Source: Gammaproteobacteria bacterium
Lineage (GTDB): Bacteria > Pseudomonadota > Gammaproteobacteria > Burkholderiales > SHXO01
Direction of reading: 5' to 3'
Length of the DNA: 55,536 nt
Assembly: GCA_041488355.1 (NCBI GenBank)
Contig: JBGPPC010000002.1
Location: forward strand, 1 to 55,536
The notes beneath the pieces were generated by a model. That model ran no database searches, was not told where the DNA came from, and saw only the letters and a list, made by a program, of their open reading frames with translations. The translations under genes and the position numbers were made by a program. This document shows positions 7,997 to 17,249 of the stretch, piece after piece; position 1 is the first letter of the stretch; each line of letters begins with the position of its first letter.

Positions 7997-8461
7997 TCAC
8001 ATCTGAGATTGCATGTAGTTCTGCAGGCCGACCTTGGCGATCAGTTCGATCTGCGTTTCCAACCAGTCGACATGCTCCTCTTCGCCGTCCAGGATGTCCT
8101 CGAGCAATTCCCGGCTGATGTAGTCGTCGCATGACTCACAATGGGCGATCGCCTCGCGTAGCAGCGGGATCGCTTCCATCTCCATGCGCAAATCGCACTT
8201 GAGCGCGTCTGGCGTATCTTCGCCCACGTACAGCTTGTTGAGCTGCTGCAGATTGGGCAACCCATCAAGAAACAGGATGCGGTTGACGAGCTTGTCCGCG
8301 TGCTTCATCTCATCTACGGACTCGTGGTACTCGTAGTCATCGAGCTTCTTAAGCCCCCAGTGGCGGAACATGCGCGCATGCAGGAAATACTGGTTAATCG
8401 CAGTGAGTTCGTTGGTCAGTACCCGGTTCAGATAGTCGAGGACCTTGGTATCGCCCTTCAT
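7997..8461 (-). CDS. bfr: Bacterioferritin
   Basis: [36 protein letters not shown]..., a 154-aa canonical Bfr. Confidence 0.95.
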   Translation of the reverse strand: MKGDTKVLDYLNRVLTNELTAINQYFLHARMFRHWGLKKLDDYEYHESVDEMKHADKLVNRILFLDGLPNLQQLNKLYVGEDTPDALKCDLRMEMEAIPLLREAIAHCESCDDYISRELLEDILDGEEEHVDWLETQIELIAKVGLQNYMQSQM

Positions 8462-8632
8462 GTCGGCTCCAGTGGGATCGGGGCGCGGCCATTATAACCA
8501 GGCGGGGCGCTGTACCAACGTATACCACGCAGGAAGGCGGCTACGGCAAGCGGAACTTAGGGACAGAACGCCGGGGTCAAACCACGAGTACCGGGCTCGC
8601 TTGGGCAGCAGCCCGTCTACGCGGCTTGGGGC

Positions 8633-8830
8633 TCAGGCCGCGGCGCGGTTCTCAGGGAGACCGAGAACCTGCAGTGTTTCGTCCAGGACTTGGCTAGCAA
8701 ACGGACGGCAGCAACCGCAAGCGGCCGCGACACCGAGCTTGGCGCTGAGCTCACACACGGACGACGCACCATCGCAGATCGCTTCGCGGATCTGCTGCTC
8801 GGTCACTCCGTTGCAAACGCAAATATACAC
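8633..8830 (-). CDS. bfd: Bacterioferritin-associated ferredoxin
   Basis: A GTG start at 8830 gives (M)YICVCNGVTEQQIREAI...CGCC, a BFD-like 2Fe-2S motif, upstream of bfr. The longer track ORF to 9010 is an extension. Confidence 0.85.
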   Translation of the reverse strand: MYICVCNGVTEQQIREAICDGASSVCELSAKLGVAAACGCCRPFASQVLDETLQVLGLPENRAAA

Positions 8831-8863
8831 AGTTGCGGCTCCTAAGCTTCTGAGAGCATAAAT

Positions 8864-8882
8864 CACAATGAGAATGATAGTC
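8864..8882. promoter_or_regulatory. Candidate Fur box in the divergent bfd / FTR1-permease intergenic region
   Basis: CACAATGAGAATGATAGTC matches 13 of 19 positions of GATAATGATAATCATTATC, and lies between two iron genes. Confidence 0.45.
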
Positions 8883-9084
8883 AATAGCGATGTAGCAATG
8901 ACTTCGATCGCGGATCCAGGACCCAGCCGCTGAGTGAGACTGCCGCGGCCAACCGTCAGTACCAGATGTTTCGAAAACCAAACCAACCATGCGGACAAAC
9001 GGAGATCCAATGCTTATAATTCGCATTTACGGGACCCTATTTCACAACGGCAACTAACGTTTCGCCCAGACTGCTTTCACCCCA

Positions 9085-11013
9085 ATGCTGTCCAGGTACT
9101 GGCGACCGCTCACACTGCTTCTATTCCTGGCCTTCCCAGCGAATGCCGCGTTGGCACAGAACATCGCGGCACCCGACCGCGGGCCGCAAACCATCCTTCA
9201 CCTGCTCGACTACGTGTCGGTTGAGTATCCGCAGTTTGTGCAGGCTGGTAAGGTGGTGAACCCGGGAGAATATGCCGAGCAGGTAGAGTTCGCTGGCCAG
9301 ATCAGGGAGATGGTCGCTGCCTTGCCGGCTGACCCCAGGCGCGAAATGTTTGTGCACCAGGCAGAACAGCTGCTTACGCTGATCAACACCAAGGGAGACG
9401 GTGCCCAGGTAGCTGTTCTTTCACGCGGGCTTCAGCACGACCTGATCACCGCATACCGCATCCCCGTGGCGCCCAAGCAAGCGCCTGATCTCGCTCCCGC
9501 CGCAGCGCTTTACACCGCGCGTTGCGCAGCCTGTCACGGGTCCAGCGGAGACGGCGTAGGTCCGCTGGCAGCGAAACTCGAGCCTCGGCCAAGTAACTTT
9601 CGCGACGCCAAGCGTCAGTCCGCTCGCAGCGTATTCGGTTTGTTCAATACGATTACGCTCGGTGTCGACGGCACGGCGATGACCGCATTCAGCGACCTGA
9701 GCGCCGAAGAGCGGTGGAGGCTCGCGTTCTATGTAAGTCAGTTTGTGGCCAGCGATGCGCAGCGCGCGCAGGGAGCGCAGGCCTGGGAGCGCGGCGAAGG
9801 CCGCGTCATATTCAGTTCCCTCCCCGCGGTCGTAACCATGACCCCGGCCGAGGCCCAGCAGCTAGGAAGCAACGCAGAATCCATCCTCGCTTATCTGCGG
9901 GCGGAACCGGCCCAGGTGGAGCCATCGGCACGCACGCCCATCGCCTTCAGCATCGCGACCCTTGGGCGCAGTCTGGAGGCCTACCGTTCTGGTAACCCTG
10001 AGGCGGCGTATCAGCTCGCGGTCACCGCTTATCTGGAGGGCTTTGAACTGGTCGAAGCCAGCCTGGACAACCGCGACCGGGAACTGCGCACACGCACGGA
10101 AGCGGCAATGATGGGCTATCGCAACGCTATCAAAGCCGGCAGGCCGTTGGTCGAGGTCGAAACAGACCACGAGGCGGCCGTAAAGCTGCTCGAGGAGTCG
10201 CAGCACCGGCTGACCGGCCCTGCGGCATCCCCGACGGCGGACTTCGTAAGTTCGCTCATCATTATCCTGCGCGAGGGTCTCGAGGCAATTCTGGTCCTCG
10301 CCGCCATGGCCGCGTTTCTAGTGCGCACCGGCAGGCGCGAGAGTCTTCCATGGCTGCACGTTGGCTGGATCGCTGCGTTGTTGCTGGGCGGACTTACGTG
10401 GGTGATCGCGAGCAAGCTCATTGCCATCAGCGGCGCAAACCGTGAGGTGACCGAAGGCATTACCGCCCTGGTCGCCGCCGGTCTTCTCTTGTACGTCGGC
10501 TTCTGGCTGCACAGCAAGGCGAACGCCGCCCGCTGGAACCAGTTTATCAAGAGCCAGATGACCACCGCTCTAAGCAGCGGGGTGCTGTTCAGCATTGCGC
10601 TCGTGTCTTTTCTCGCCGTCTATCGCGAGGTGTTCGAGACAGTTCTGTTCTATCAGGCTTTGTGGGCGCAATCGGAAGGCGGCGGCCAGACCGCAGTCGT
10701 CGCGGGATTCGCGATCGGCGTGGCCGCGCTCATCGTCCTGGCCTGGCTGATTGCGCGCTTTAGCGTGCGCCTACCGCTGGGGACGTTCTTCGCTGCGAGC
10801 TCCGTCTTGCTAGCGGTAATGGCCGTCGTATTCGCCGGCCAGGGCATCGCGGCCCTGCAAGAGGCGGGCAAGCTTGCGTCTAACCGGATCGACTTCCCCT
10901 CGATTCCACTGCTCGGCATCTACCCGAACCTGCAGGGCCTCACCCTGCAGCTTGCGCTGGTGACGCTCATCGTCATCGGCTTCGTCTACCTGCGCGGCAA
11001 CCGGCGCGCCTGA
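9085..11013 (+). CDS. Cytochrome c domain fused to an FTR1/EfeU-family high-affinity iron permease
   Basis: Signal peptide, heme motif CAACHG, then a multi-TM FTR1 region with REGLEA (REXXE). Confidence 0.85.
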   Translation: MLSRYWRPLTLLLFLAFPANAALAQNIAAPDRGPQTILHLLDYVSVEYPQFVQAGKVVNPGEYAEQVEFAGQIREMVAALPADPRREMFVHQAEQLLTLINTKGDGAQVAVLSRGLQHDLITAYRIPVAPKQAPDLAPAAALYTARCAACHGSSGDGVGPLAAKLEPRPSNFRDAKRQSARSVFGLFNTITLGVDGTAMTAFSDLSAEERWRLAFYVSQFVASDAQRAQGAQAWERGEGRVIFSSLPAVVTMTPAEAQQLGSNAESILAYLRAEPAQVEPSARTPIAFSIATLGRSLEAYRSGNPEAAYQLAVTAYLEGFELVEASLDNRDRELRTRTEAAMMGYRNAIKAGRPLVEVETDHEAAVKLLEESQHRLTGPAASPTADFVSSLIIILREGLEAILVLAAMAAFLVRTGRRESLPWLHVGWIAALLLGGLTWVIASKLIAISGANREVTEGITALVAAGLLLYVGFWLHSKANAARWNQFIKSQMTTALSSGVLFSIALVSFLAVYREVFETVLFYQALWAQSEGGGQTAVVAGFAIGVAALIVLAWLIARFSVRLPLGTFFAASSVLLAVMAVVFAGQGIAALQEAGKLASNRIDFPSIPLLGIYPNLQGLTLQLALVTLIVIGFVYLRGNRRA

Positions 11014-11065
11014 CCCTTCCTCCGCACGTCTAGGACGCGGCTACCGCTTCGCACTCTCTCGTCGA

Positions 11066-11620
11066 TCAAGACGAGCGGCGTGGCAGCATGCGGAAGAACA
11101 CACCATCTTTGTCGAGCAGCAGGTGCTTTAACGCACCGGCAATGTGGATGCAAATCACGATCACCAGGACCTCGGAGGCGGCGTGGTGGATACCCTGGAA
11201 TACCTCGTACAAGGCCTTGTTCTCAGGGAACAGTGGTCCGATCTTGAACAGCCCGAAGTAGGTGACTCCATACTTGTTGAAGTTGGAGGCGGTAAAGCCC
11301 ACAACCGGCATCAGGACCAGCAGGGCATAAAGCAAACCGTGGCTCAGCTTCGACGCATTCACGACCCAGCCCGCCGTGCCCGAGGGCAACGGTGGCGGCT
11401 GATGGTTCCACCGCCACACCACACGCATCAGCACGATGAGCCCCAGCGTTACGCCGATCGACTTGTGCAGGTTGAAAAAGAACGCGCGCTGTGGCGTGCC
11501 CTTCGGAATGTCGGTCATGTACCAGCCAAGGCCGATCATTACGAACACACCGACCGCCACGAGCCAGTGCAGCGCAATGGCGACCCTGTCGTAGCGACGG
11601 ACGCTGATAGAGCTTGCCAT
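11066..11620 (-). CDS. cybB: Cytochrome b561 family protein
   Basis: RYDRVAIALHWLVAV..., 4-TM with conserved His residues; 184 aa. Confidence 0.85.
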   Translation of the reverse strand: MASSISVRRYDRVAIALHWLVAVGVFVMIGLGWYMTDIPKGTPQRAFFFNLHKSIGVTLGLIVLMRVVWRWNHQPPPLPSGTAGWVVNASKLSHGLLYALLVLMPVVGFTASNFNKYGVTYFGLFKIGPLFPENKALYEVFQGIHHAASEVLVIVICIHIAGALKHLLLDKDGVFFRMLPRRSS

Positions 11621-11787
11621 GTACCCCCCCGTACGCGAAAGCGAAGTATGTTACACCCGGATGCCACGACCAAAACCTTGCCGCGGATGTGCTGCGTGCC
11701 AGCGCGTCGCGTTACGTTGTCAGTCTCCGCCGCCGCTGCCATGAGAGTACCTGGCCATCCTCGCCGCGAATCGCGATCGCGCTAAAC

Positions 11788-11817
11788 GAAAAGGGCTGCC
11801 CGCAGGCAGCCCTTTTC
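11788..11817 (-). terminator. Hairpin terminator downstream of the orphan pqqA
   Basis: GAAAAGGGCTGCC/GGCAGCCCTTTTC, a 13-bp stem with loop CGCA and T-rich flanks on both strands. Confidence 0.6.
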
Positions 11818-11832
11818 GTGAGATTAGTTCAG

Positions 11833-11904
11833 TTACCGATTGTAGATGTACATCGTGACTTCGAAGCCGAAGCGCATTTCGGTGAATTCAGGTTTTGTCC
11901 ACAT
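11833..11904 (-). CDS. pqqA: PQQ precursor peptide, second (orphan) copy
   Basis: Not in the ORF track because it is under 60 aa. The reverse strand reads [23 protein letters not shown], containing the E-x3-Y core (EVTMY). An AAGGAG SD lies 7 nt upstream. Confidence 0.85.
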   Translation of the reverse strand: MWTKPEFTEMRFGFEVTMYIYNR

Positions 11905-12066
11905 AATGTTTCTCCTTAGTTTTTGGGTCTGGTTCAGCTAACTTCAACGGGGGAGGAGTACATCTTATTCCCGGTCCCATTGTGTCCACCCTCGGTCCTG
12001 GCAGCCAGCGGAAATCGCTTAAATCGCCCTCATGATTTTCATTAGATTTAAAAGCCCCGCTCCGGC

Positions 12067-12711
12067 TCAAGGCTCAACCAAGCCGGCCCGGATCGCCATG
12101 ATGGCCAGCTCAGCGGAGTTGGATGCTCCCAATTTCTGTTTAATATTATAAAGATGCGTTCCCACGGTGCGCGGACTGAGCGACATCACCTCGGCGATCT
12201 CTGCGACCGACTTGCCTTTGGCGAGCGCTAGAAACACCTTGAACTCCTTTTCGCTGAGCATGTCGACCGGGCTCTTATCGCCGCTCAGCTGCTGGAGGGC
12301 GAGCTGCTGCGCGATGGATGGCTCGAGATAGGTCTTGCCCTGTGCAACTTGGCGGATGGCGTCGATCAGCGCCTCGGCGGCACTGCGCTTGGTGAGGTAG
12401 CCCACCGCACCGGCCTTGAGCACCCGCCTGGCGTGCATACTGTCCTCATGCGCCGAGAGCACTAGGATCCGCGCCTGAGGTTCGCGGGCAAGGATACGGT
12501 CGATTGCCTCCAAGCCACCGATTCCCGGCATCGAGATGTCCATGACCACAACGTCCGGCTTCACCTCCGGGAAAGTGCGCACCGCTTCCTCGCCACTGTT
12601 CGCTTCCGCGGCAACTTTCAGGTCAGTTGCTCCCTCAAGTAAAAGCCGGAAGCCCATGCGCACTACCGCGTGGTCGTCAACCAGCATGACGCGAATCGGA
12701 GCCTGCGTCAT
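12067..12711 (-). CDS. NarL/FixJ-family response regulator (REC plus LuxR HTH)
   Basis: VMLVDDH...DVVVMDISMPG receiver, and C-terminal LSEKEFKVFLALAKGKSVAEIAEVMSLSPRTVGTHLYNIKQKLG. Confidence 0.9.
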   Translation of the reverse strand: MTQAPIRVMLVDDHAVVRMGFRLLLEGATDLKVAAEANSGEEAVRTFPEVKPDVVVMDISMPGIGGLEAIDRILAREPQARILVLSAHEDSMHARRVLKAGAVGYLTKRSAAEALIDAIRQVAQGKTYLEPSIAQQLALQQLSGDKSPVDMLSEKEFKVFLALAKGKSVAEIAEVMSLSPRTVGTHLYNIKQKLGASNSAELAIMAIRAGLVEP

Positions 12712-14471
12712 TTCGCGACCGCCTTCACTTGCAGCTCCGGGCTGTCGGTCCCCTCAGGAGCAGTCGACCGGATGGGGATGGCTGCGCTCACTCTGAGCCC
12801 CTCTCCTGCCAGAGACTCGAGCCGGAACTCCCCGTGCAGCGCTTGTACGCGCTCGCGAAGTCCCATGAGGCCGAAGCGCGCTGTCTCGCTTTCGTTCCCT
12901 TCGCCCAGCCCCTTGCCATTGTCCACCACACTCAAATGAATCACACCACCGTCGCGCCTGATCTCGATCTCGGCGCGGGTAGCATCGGCATGGCGCAAGA
13001 CGTTGGTCAAACACTCTTGAACCAGACGGTACGCGGTGATGTTGATCGCCTCACCCAGGTCGGCGAGATCCCCAGTCAGGTTCAGCACGCAGACGATCTC
13101 CGGGTGACGCTCGCGCCACGTATTGACCATGTCCTCGACGGCTTCTTGCAGGCCCAGGTTGTCCAGTGCACTTGGGCGAAGCTGGCGGATGATCCCGTGC
13201 ACCACGTCGTAGATGTGGCTCGCCACGTCGACGATGGTCTGCGCGCTGCGGTGAATCTCGGGTGCCACGGTCTGGGTGCGGTTGGCAATGGCAGCGCCGA
13301 TGGTCTTGATCGCCGTGACGCACTGCCCGAGCTCATCGTGCAGCTCGCGAGCGATAGATCGGCGCTCCTCCTCCAGGCGCGTTTGGATCAGTTGCGTCAG
13401 CCGCCGGTTCTGTTCCAGCTCCTTCTCGGTCTCTTGCGCACGCTTGCGCTCCGTGATGTCGCGCATCCTGCAGATCCCCCCGATCACCTCGCCGCTGTCG
13501 GGGTCGACCAAAGAGGTAGCCGACAGCGCCACATCCACTAGGCGCCCGTCTCGCGTCAGCCGGTGCGTCGCGACGTTGTCTACTACCCGCCGCCGCCGAA
13601 TGGTCTCGAGATGTTCGGCCACTTCGGCCTCAAATCCAGGCGGAGTAAGCAACGTGGCTGAATGTCCCACAATCTGTTCGGGCATATAGCCGAACAGCCG
13701 TTCTGCTGCCGGGTTCCAGAACGAGATTCTGCCCTCCAGATCGTGGATCAGGATCGCGTCGGTGGACTGTTTGGCGACCAGTGCCAATCGCATGTTTTCG
13801 GCATGGGTTTCTTCCAGCGCCTGCGCCATGCGGTTGAAGGTATGGCTGATCGAATCGAACTCGCGCAGTGAGAATTCAGGCAGTCGCGTATTCAGCCGCC
13901 CGCGCTCCATCTCCGATAGGCCACGCAGGATCGGGGTGACCGGCCTTAACGCGCGGCCTAGCAGCCAGAACACGACAGCATTGACGAGCAGCAAGAACCC
14001 CAGAGCCAGCCCGATCAGATTCTCCATGTCGTCCCACGCGTCGAGGACGGCACGCGAGGCATCTGGCGTCACCCTGATCTTGCCGCCATTGACGCTCAGC
14101 TCCGCGTCGGGCAGGCGAGGCGACACCAGGCGCGAGAACCATTCCGGCGCGGCGCGGCCGGCTTTGTATAGAGGCGGAGGCGAGGTGTAGACCAACGTGC
14201 CGTCGTCCGCATACAGCCGGATCTCGTGCGCGCGCACGCGCCCGAGACTGTGCAGGAATGGGAGCAGGACCCCGAGGGGCTCGTGTGATCGAGGAGCGAA
14301 CTGACTGCTGTAGAGCACCGTGCTCAGCAACTGCTGGGTGACTTTGGTTCCGGCCTCCATCTCCTCGCGGATGGAGCTGCGCATGTCGTCCAACACGATC
14401 TTGGCGGTAACCAAGGAGAACAGCAAGATCACCACCGTGATGATGAGGTTGATGCGAAAGCGCAGGCTCAT
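12708..14471 (-). CDS. Sensor histidine kinase (TM, HAMP, PAS, HisKA_3, HATPase_c)
   Basis: Start at MSLRFRINLIITVV... (ATG at 14471). H-box ELHDELGQ, and an ATPase region with DNGKGL. The stop overlaps the response-regulator start. Confidence 0.88.
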   Translation of the reverse strand: MSLRFRINLIITVVILLFSLVTAKIVLDDMRSSIREEMEAGTKVTQQLLSTVLYSSQFAPRSHEPLGVLLPFLHSLGRVRAHEIRLYADDGTLVYTSPPPLYKAGRAAPEWFSRLVSPRLPDAELSVNGGKIRVTPDASRAVLDAWDDMENLIGLALGFLLLVNAVVFWLLGRALRPVTPILRGLSEMERGRLNTRLPEFSLREFDSISHTFNRMAQALEETHAENMRLALVAKQSTDAILIHDLEGRISFWNPAAERLFGYMPEQIVGHSATLLTPPGFEAEVAEHLETIRRRRVVDNVATHRLTRDGRLVDVALSATSLVDPDSGEVIGGICRMRDITERKRAQETEKELEQNRRLTQLIQTRLEEERRSIARELHDELGQCVTAIKTIGAAIANRTQTVAPEIHRSAQTIVDVASHIYDVVHGIIRQLRPSALDNLGLQEAVEDMVNTWRERHPEIVCVLNLTGDLADLGEAINITAYRLVQECLTNVLRHADATRAEIEIRRDGGVIHLSVVDNGKGLGEGNESETARFGLMGLRERVQALHGEFRLESLAGEGLRVSAAIPIRSTAPEGTDSPELQVKAVAK

Positions 14472-15406
14472 ATCGGCGCGATCAGCCGTTTCATATCTTG
14501 CGTGGCCTGAACCAGGGCGCGCACCATGGCAGGATGCATGGACGAGTGGCCGCCCTCCTCCACTATCCGCAATTGCGCCCCAGGCCACTGGCGCGCGACA
14601 GTGTACGCGGTGCTCGGAGGGCAGACCAGATCGCGGCGGCCTTGCACCAAGAGCGCGGGCAGCCCGACGAGGTGCTCAAGCCCGCGCAACAACTGGCCGG
14701 GCGCGAGAAAGCAGCCGTTGACGAGGTAGTGAAGCTGGATACGAACGCGTGCCAGCGTACCCATGTCGGCTGCGGGTAAAGCAGGCGGCGCCTCGCCGAC
14801 AGCCATGACCGCCGACTCCCACGCGTTCCAACGCCCGGCGGCGGCTACGTCGTCCAGCGCGACGCGCTCGTGATAGCGCCGCAATAGCCCTGCGCACGAC
14901 TGGTCGTCGCCGCCGGACGCGAACGCACTCCACGCTTCGGGCAAGAAGCGGCTCAGCCCGGTGACGAACCACGCTACCTCATCGTCGGAGGCCAAGAACA
15001 ATCCGCGCAGCACCAACCCGCTCACTTCCCCTGGATGGGCCTGAGCGTACGCCAACGCCAGAGTGCTGCCCCAGCTGCCACCGAACAGCAGCCAGCGCTG
15101 GATATCCAGCGCGACGCGCAGTCGTTCGAGGTCGCTGAGCAGCAGCGGCGTCGTGTTTGCGCGGACCTCACCGCGCGGCGTGGAGCGCCCGCAGCCACGC
15201 TGATCCAGCAAGACAATGCGATAGAACGCGGGGTCGAAGAAACGGCGATGATCGGAATTGGTACTGCTGCCGGGCCCGCCATGAAGGAAGACCACTGGTA
15301 CGCCTTGCGGGTTGCCGGACTGCTCGTGCCAGATCCGGTGCCCGTCGGTGCTGTCGAGCCACCCGGATGCATAGGGTTCCAGCGGTGGGAACAGTGCGTC
15401 GGACAT
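14468..15406 (-). CDS. pip: Proline iminopeptidase (prolyl aminopeptidase)
   Basis: HGGPGS, DQRGCGRS and the nucleophile elbow GGSWGSTL; 312 aa. The stop overlaps the kinase start (ATGA at 14468-14471). Confidence 0.9.
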   Translation of the reverse strand: MSDALFPPLEPYASGWLDSTDGHRIWHEQSGNPQGVPVVFLHGGPGSSTNSDHRRFFDPAFYRIVLLDQRGCGRSTPRGEVRANTTPLLLSDLERLRVALDIQRWLLFGGSWGSTLALAYAQAHPGEVSGLVLRGLFLASDDEVAWFVTGLSRFLPEAWSAFASGGDDQSCAGLLRRYHERVALDDVAAAGRWNAWESAVMAVGEAPPALPAADMGTLARVRIQLHYLVNGCFLAPGQLLRGLEHLVGLPALLVQGRRDLVCPPSTAYTVARQWPGAQLRIVEEGGHSSMHPAMVRALVQATQDMKRLIAPI

Positions 15407-15428
15407 TTCCAGAGCCGTCCGGCAACTA

Positions 15429-16997
15429 CTACTCGCGGTCGCGCAGTTTAAATAGGAACAGGATATCGACGCTGAACTCGCGCTCGCGCAACTCGTCGGG
15501 TATGTTCGGAAGCTTGATCTCCCGGAGCTTCGAGACTGCGCGGTCGTCCAACACCGAGAAATTGCTGCTCTGAGTCACCGTGACCACCTTGAGGCGACCA
15601 TCGTGCCCGATCGTCATACGGGCCATCGTCGAACCCTGCCAGCCCCGATCCCGCGCAAGGCGAGGATAGTCTCGCTCCGAGACCACCTTGCCCACGATGC
15701 GCTGGACCTCCAGGGCGTAGCGGGTCAACGCCGCATTCTCGTCTCCCCGTTTCAGCTTGGGCGGCGTGGGGAGAGGGGTTTGGGCAACAGGTTTGGATGG
15801 GGCGGCCCCCCCGGAGGGTCTGGTCGGCCCCGGCGGCAGGGGCGCAGCCAACGGCGTGGGTGCGCTCGGCTCCGAGCGCGCTTCGTATTGAGGCTGTGGC
15901 TTCGGTTCGGAGCGAACTTGCGGCTCCGCTCGCGGGAGGGGCAACGGTTCTGCGCGTGGCTGCGGACGCGCTGAAGTAACCGGCTCGGGCGTCGGTGCAA
16001 CAGGCTGCGGCGTTGCGCTAGGTGCTTGGACCTGGGGCTGCTGGCGCGGGGCGAGCGTTGGCTCCGCCCGAGGCTCCGCTTTTGCGGCGAGCTGCGGCTG
16101 CGCTCGCGGCTCCGCGCGTGGTGCATCTAACCGCGGCGCGGTGACCGGTTCGGCGCCCGGCTCGGGACGCAAGACCGGGACGGATTCGCGCTGCGGCTCC
16201 GGCCGCGGCTCGCTGCGCCGTACCGGAGCCGGCTCGGGTCTCGGCTCGACGCGCGGCAGCGGCGTTTCCATTTTCGGCGCTGCCGCGGTCTCGGGTCGCA
16301 CGTCGGGGCGTGTCAGGGGCACCGGCTCCCGCTTAGGCTCCAGCCTTGGCTCCGCGCGCGGGACGGTTATCGGCTCCGGCCTTGGTTCCACGCGCTGCAG
16401 AGGCCGCGCCTCGGGGGTCATCTGGGGACGGGGGTCTGCACGCGGCTCGACCCGCGCCTCCGGTTTCGGTTCCTGCCGCGGCTCCAGCCTGGGCTCGGCG
16501 CGCGGTTCGGGCCTGAGGTCGGAACGGGGCTCAGCTCGCACCTGGGGCAAGGGCTGGACCCGCGGCTCGGGGCGCGGCTCTACGCGCGCCAGCGTCTGAG
16601 GGGATGGTGCGACTTCGGGTCTGGCCTCGACGCGTGGCTCCGCGCTGGGCTGGGGCCGGACTTCGGCGCGCGCTTGCGGCTTGGGAGTAGGCACCGGGAT
16701 TGGCGCCGCCTGAACATCCTGGCGCTGGAACGGTTTCTGAACCTTTTTCGCGGGCGCTGACTTGGGCTGCGCTTTGGGTTGTTCCTCGCGCGCCGCGGGC
16801 GGTTCTGGCGCTGGCGCCAGCTTCACGGTCAATACGTTCTGCTTCGGGACAGGCGTGCGTAGGCCAGGAAGAAGAGCTATCGCCACAGCGTGTAGCAGCA
16901 GCGACACCGCGAAGGCCACCGCCACGGGGCGATCGTGGTACCACGGCCGGCCCAGCCAGGGCGAGAACAGCTCGCCGTCGAGGGTGGCGCTAGTCAT
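15429..16997 (-). CDS. TonB-family energy transducer with a greatly expanded proline-rich linker
   Basis: N-terminal TM segment VAVAFAVSLLLHAVAIALL, a roughly 360-aa linker of (E/A)PR-rich repeats, and a C-terminal TonB-like domain (YPRLARDRGWQGSTMARMTIGHDGRL). Confidence 0.75.
   Translation of the reverse strand: MTSATLDGELFSPWLGRPWYHDRPVAVAFAVSLLLHAVAIALLPGLRTPVPKQNVLTVKLAPAPEPPAAREEQPKAQPKSAPAKKVQKPFQRQDVQAAPIPVPTPKPQARAEVRPQPSAEPRVEARPEVAPSPQTLARVEPRPEPRVQPLPQVRAEPRSDLRPEPRAEPRLEPRQEPKPEARVEPRADPRPQMTPEARPLQRVEPRPEPITVPRAEPRLEPKREPVPLTRPDVRPETAAAPKMETPLPRVEPRPEPAPVRRSEPRPEPQRESVPVLRPEPGAEPVTAPRLDAPRAEPRAQPQLAAKAEPRAEPTLAPRQQPQVQAPSATPQPVAPTPEPVTSARPQPRAEPLPLPRAEPQVRSEPKPQPQYEARSEPSAPTPLAAPLPPGPTRPSGGAAPSKPVAQTPLPTPPKLKRGDENAALTRYALEVQRIVGKVVSERDYPRLARDRGWQGSTMARMTIGHDGRLKVVTVTQSSNFSVLDDRAVSKLREIKLPNIPDELREREFSVDILFLFKLRDRE
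15744..16817 (-). repeat. In-frame periodic proline-rich coding repeats (EPRPEPR/AEPR units)
   Basis: Repeated RVEPRPEP, RAEPRLEP and RSEPRPEP units. The opposite-strand frames read GSGLGSTRGSG repeats, which reflects the same periodicity. Confidence 0.8.
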
Positions 16998-17047
16998 CGC
17001 ATCGGGGTCAGGGCCACTGCCCTCACCGAGTGAGAGGGCTTTCCAAA

Positions 17048-17064
17048 CTCATGAAAATCATGAG
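17048..17064. promoter_or_regulatory. Perfect 7-3-7 palindrome (candidate operator, weakly Fur-box-like) between the TonB-like gene and pqqA
   Basis: CTCATGA-AAA-TCATGAG. The surrounding 19-mer matches 13 of 19 Fur consensus positions. Confidence 0.35.
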
Positions 17065-17249
17065 CAGCATTTGCTGATTTTGATGTGGGTGGCTACACCT
17101 GAAGTGGCCGAGAATGACTGTCGGCTTTACCTGTCTGTCGGAACCCCGGTCGGCGCATGCAGGCCGGGCGACTTAAGGCGGGTAGGGTTCGCCAAACGCG
17201 GCCCTCGATGACCGCACCTAGGTAACTGTATCATTATCTGGAGAAGACT

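Noticed and set aside
6916-8118. 400-aa plus-strand ORF
   Set aside because: It is antisense to the well-supported patatin and bfr genes. It is Arg/Ala/Leu-rich with no motifs, a typical high-GC shadow ORF.
15603-16599. Plus-strand ORFs with GSGLGSTRGSG-type repeats
   Set aside because: They are mirror-frame products of the proline-rich repeats in the minus-strand TonB-like gene, which has a TM helix and a C-terminal TonB-like domain.
15744-16817. Periodic repeats considered as a possible CRISPR or tandem non-coding array
   Set aside because: There is no repeat-spacer structure. The units are imperfect, in frame and inside a coherent ORF. No cas genes are present.
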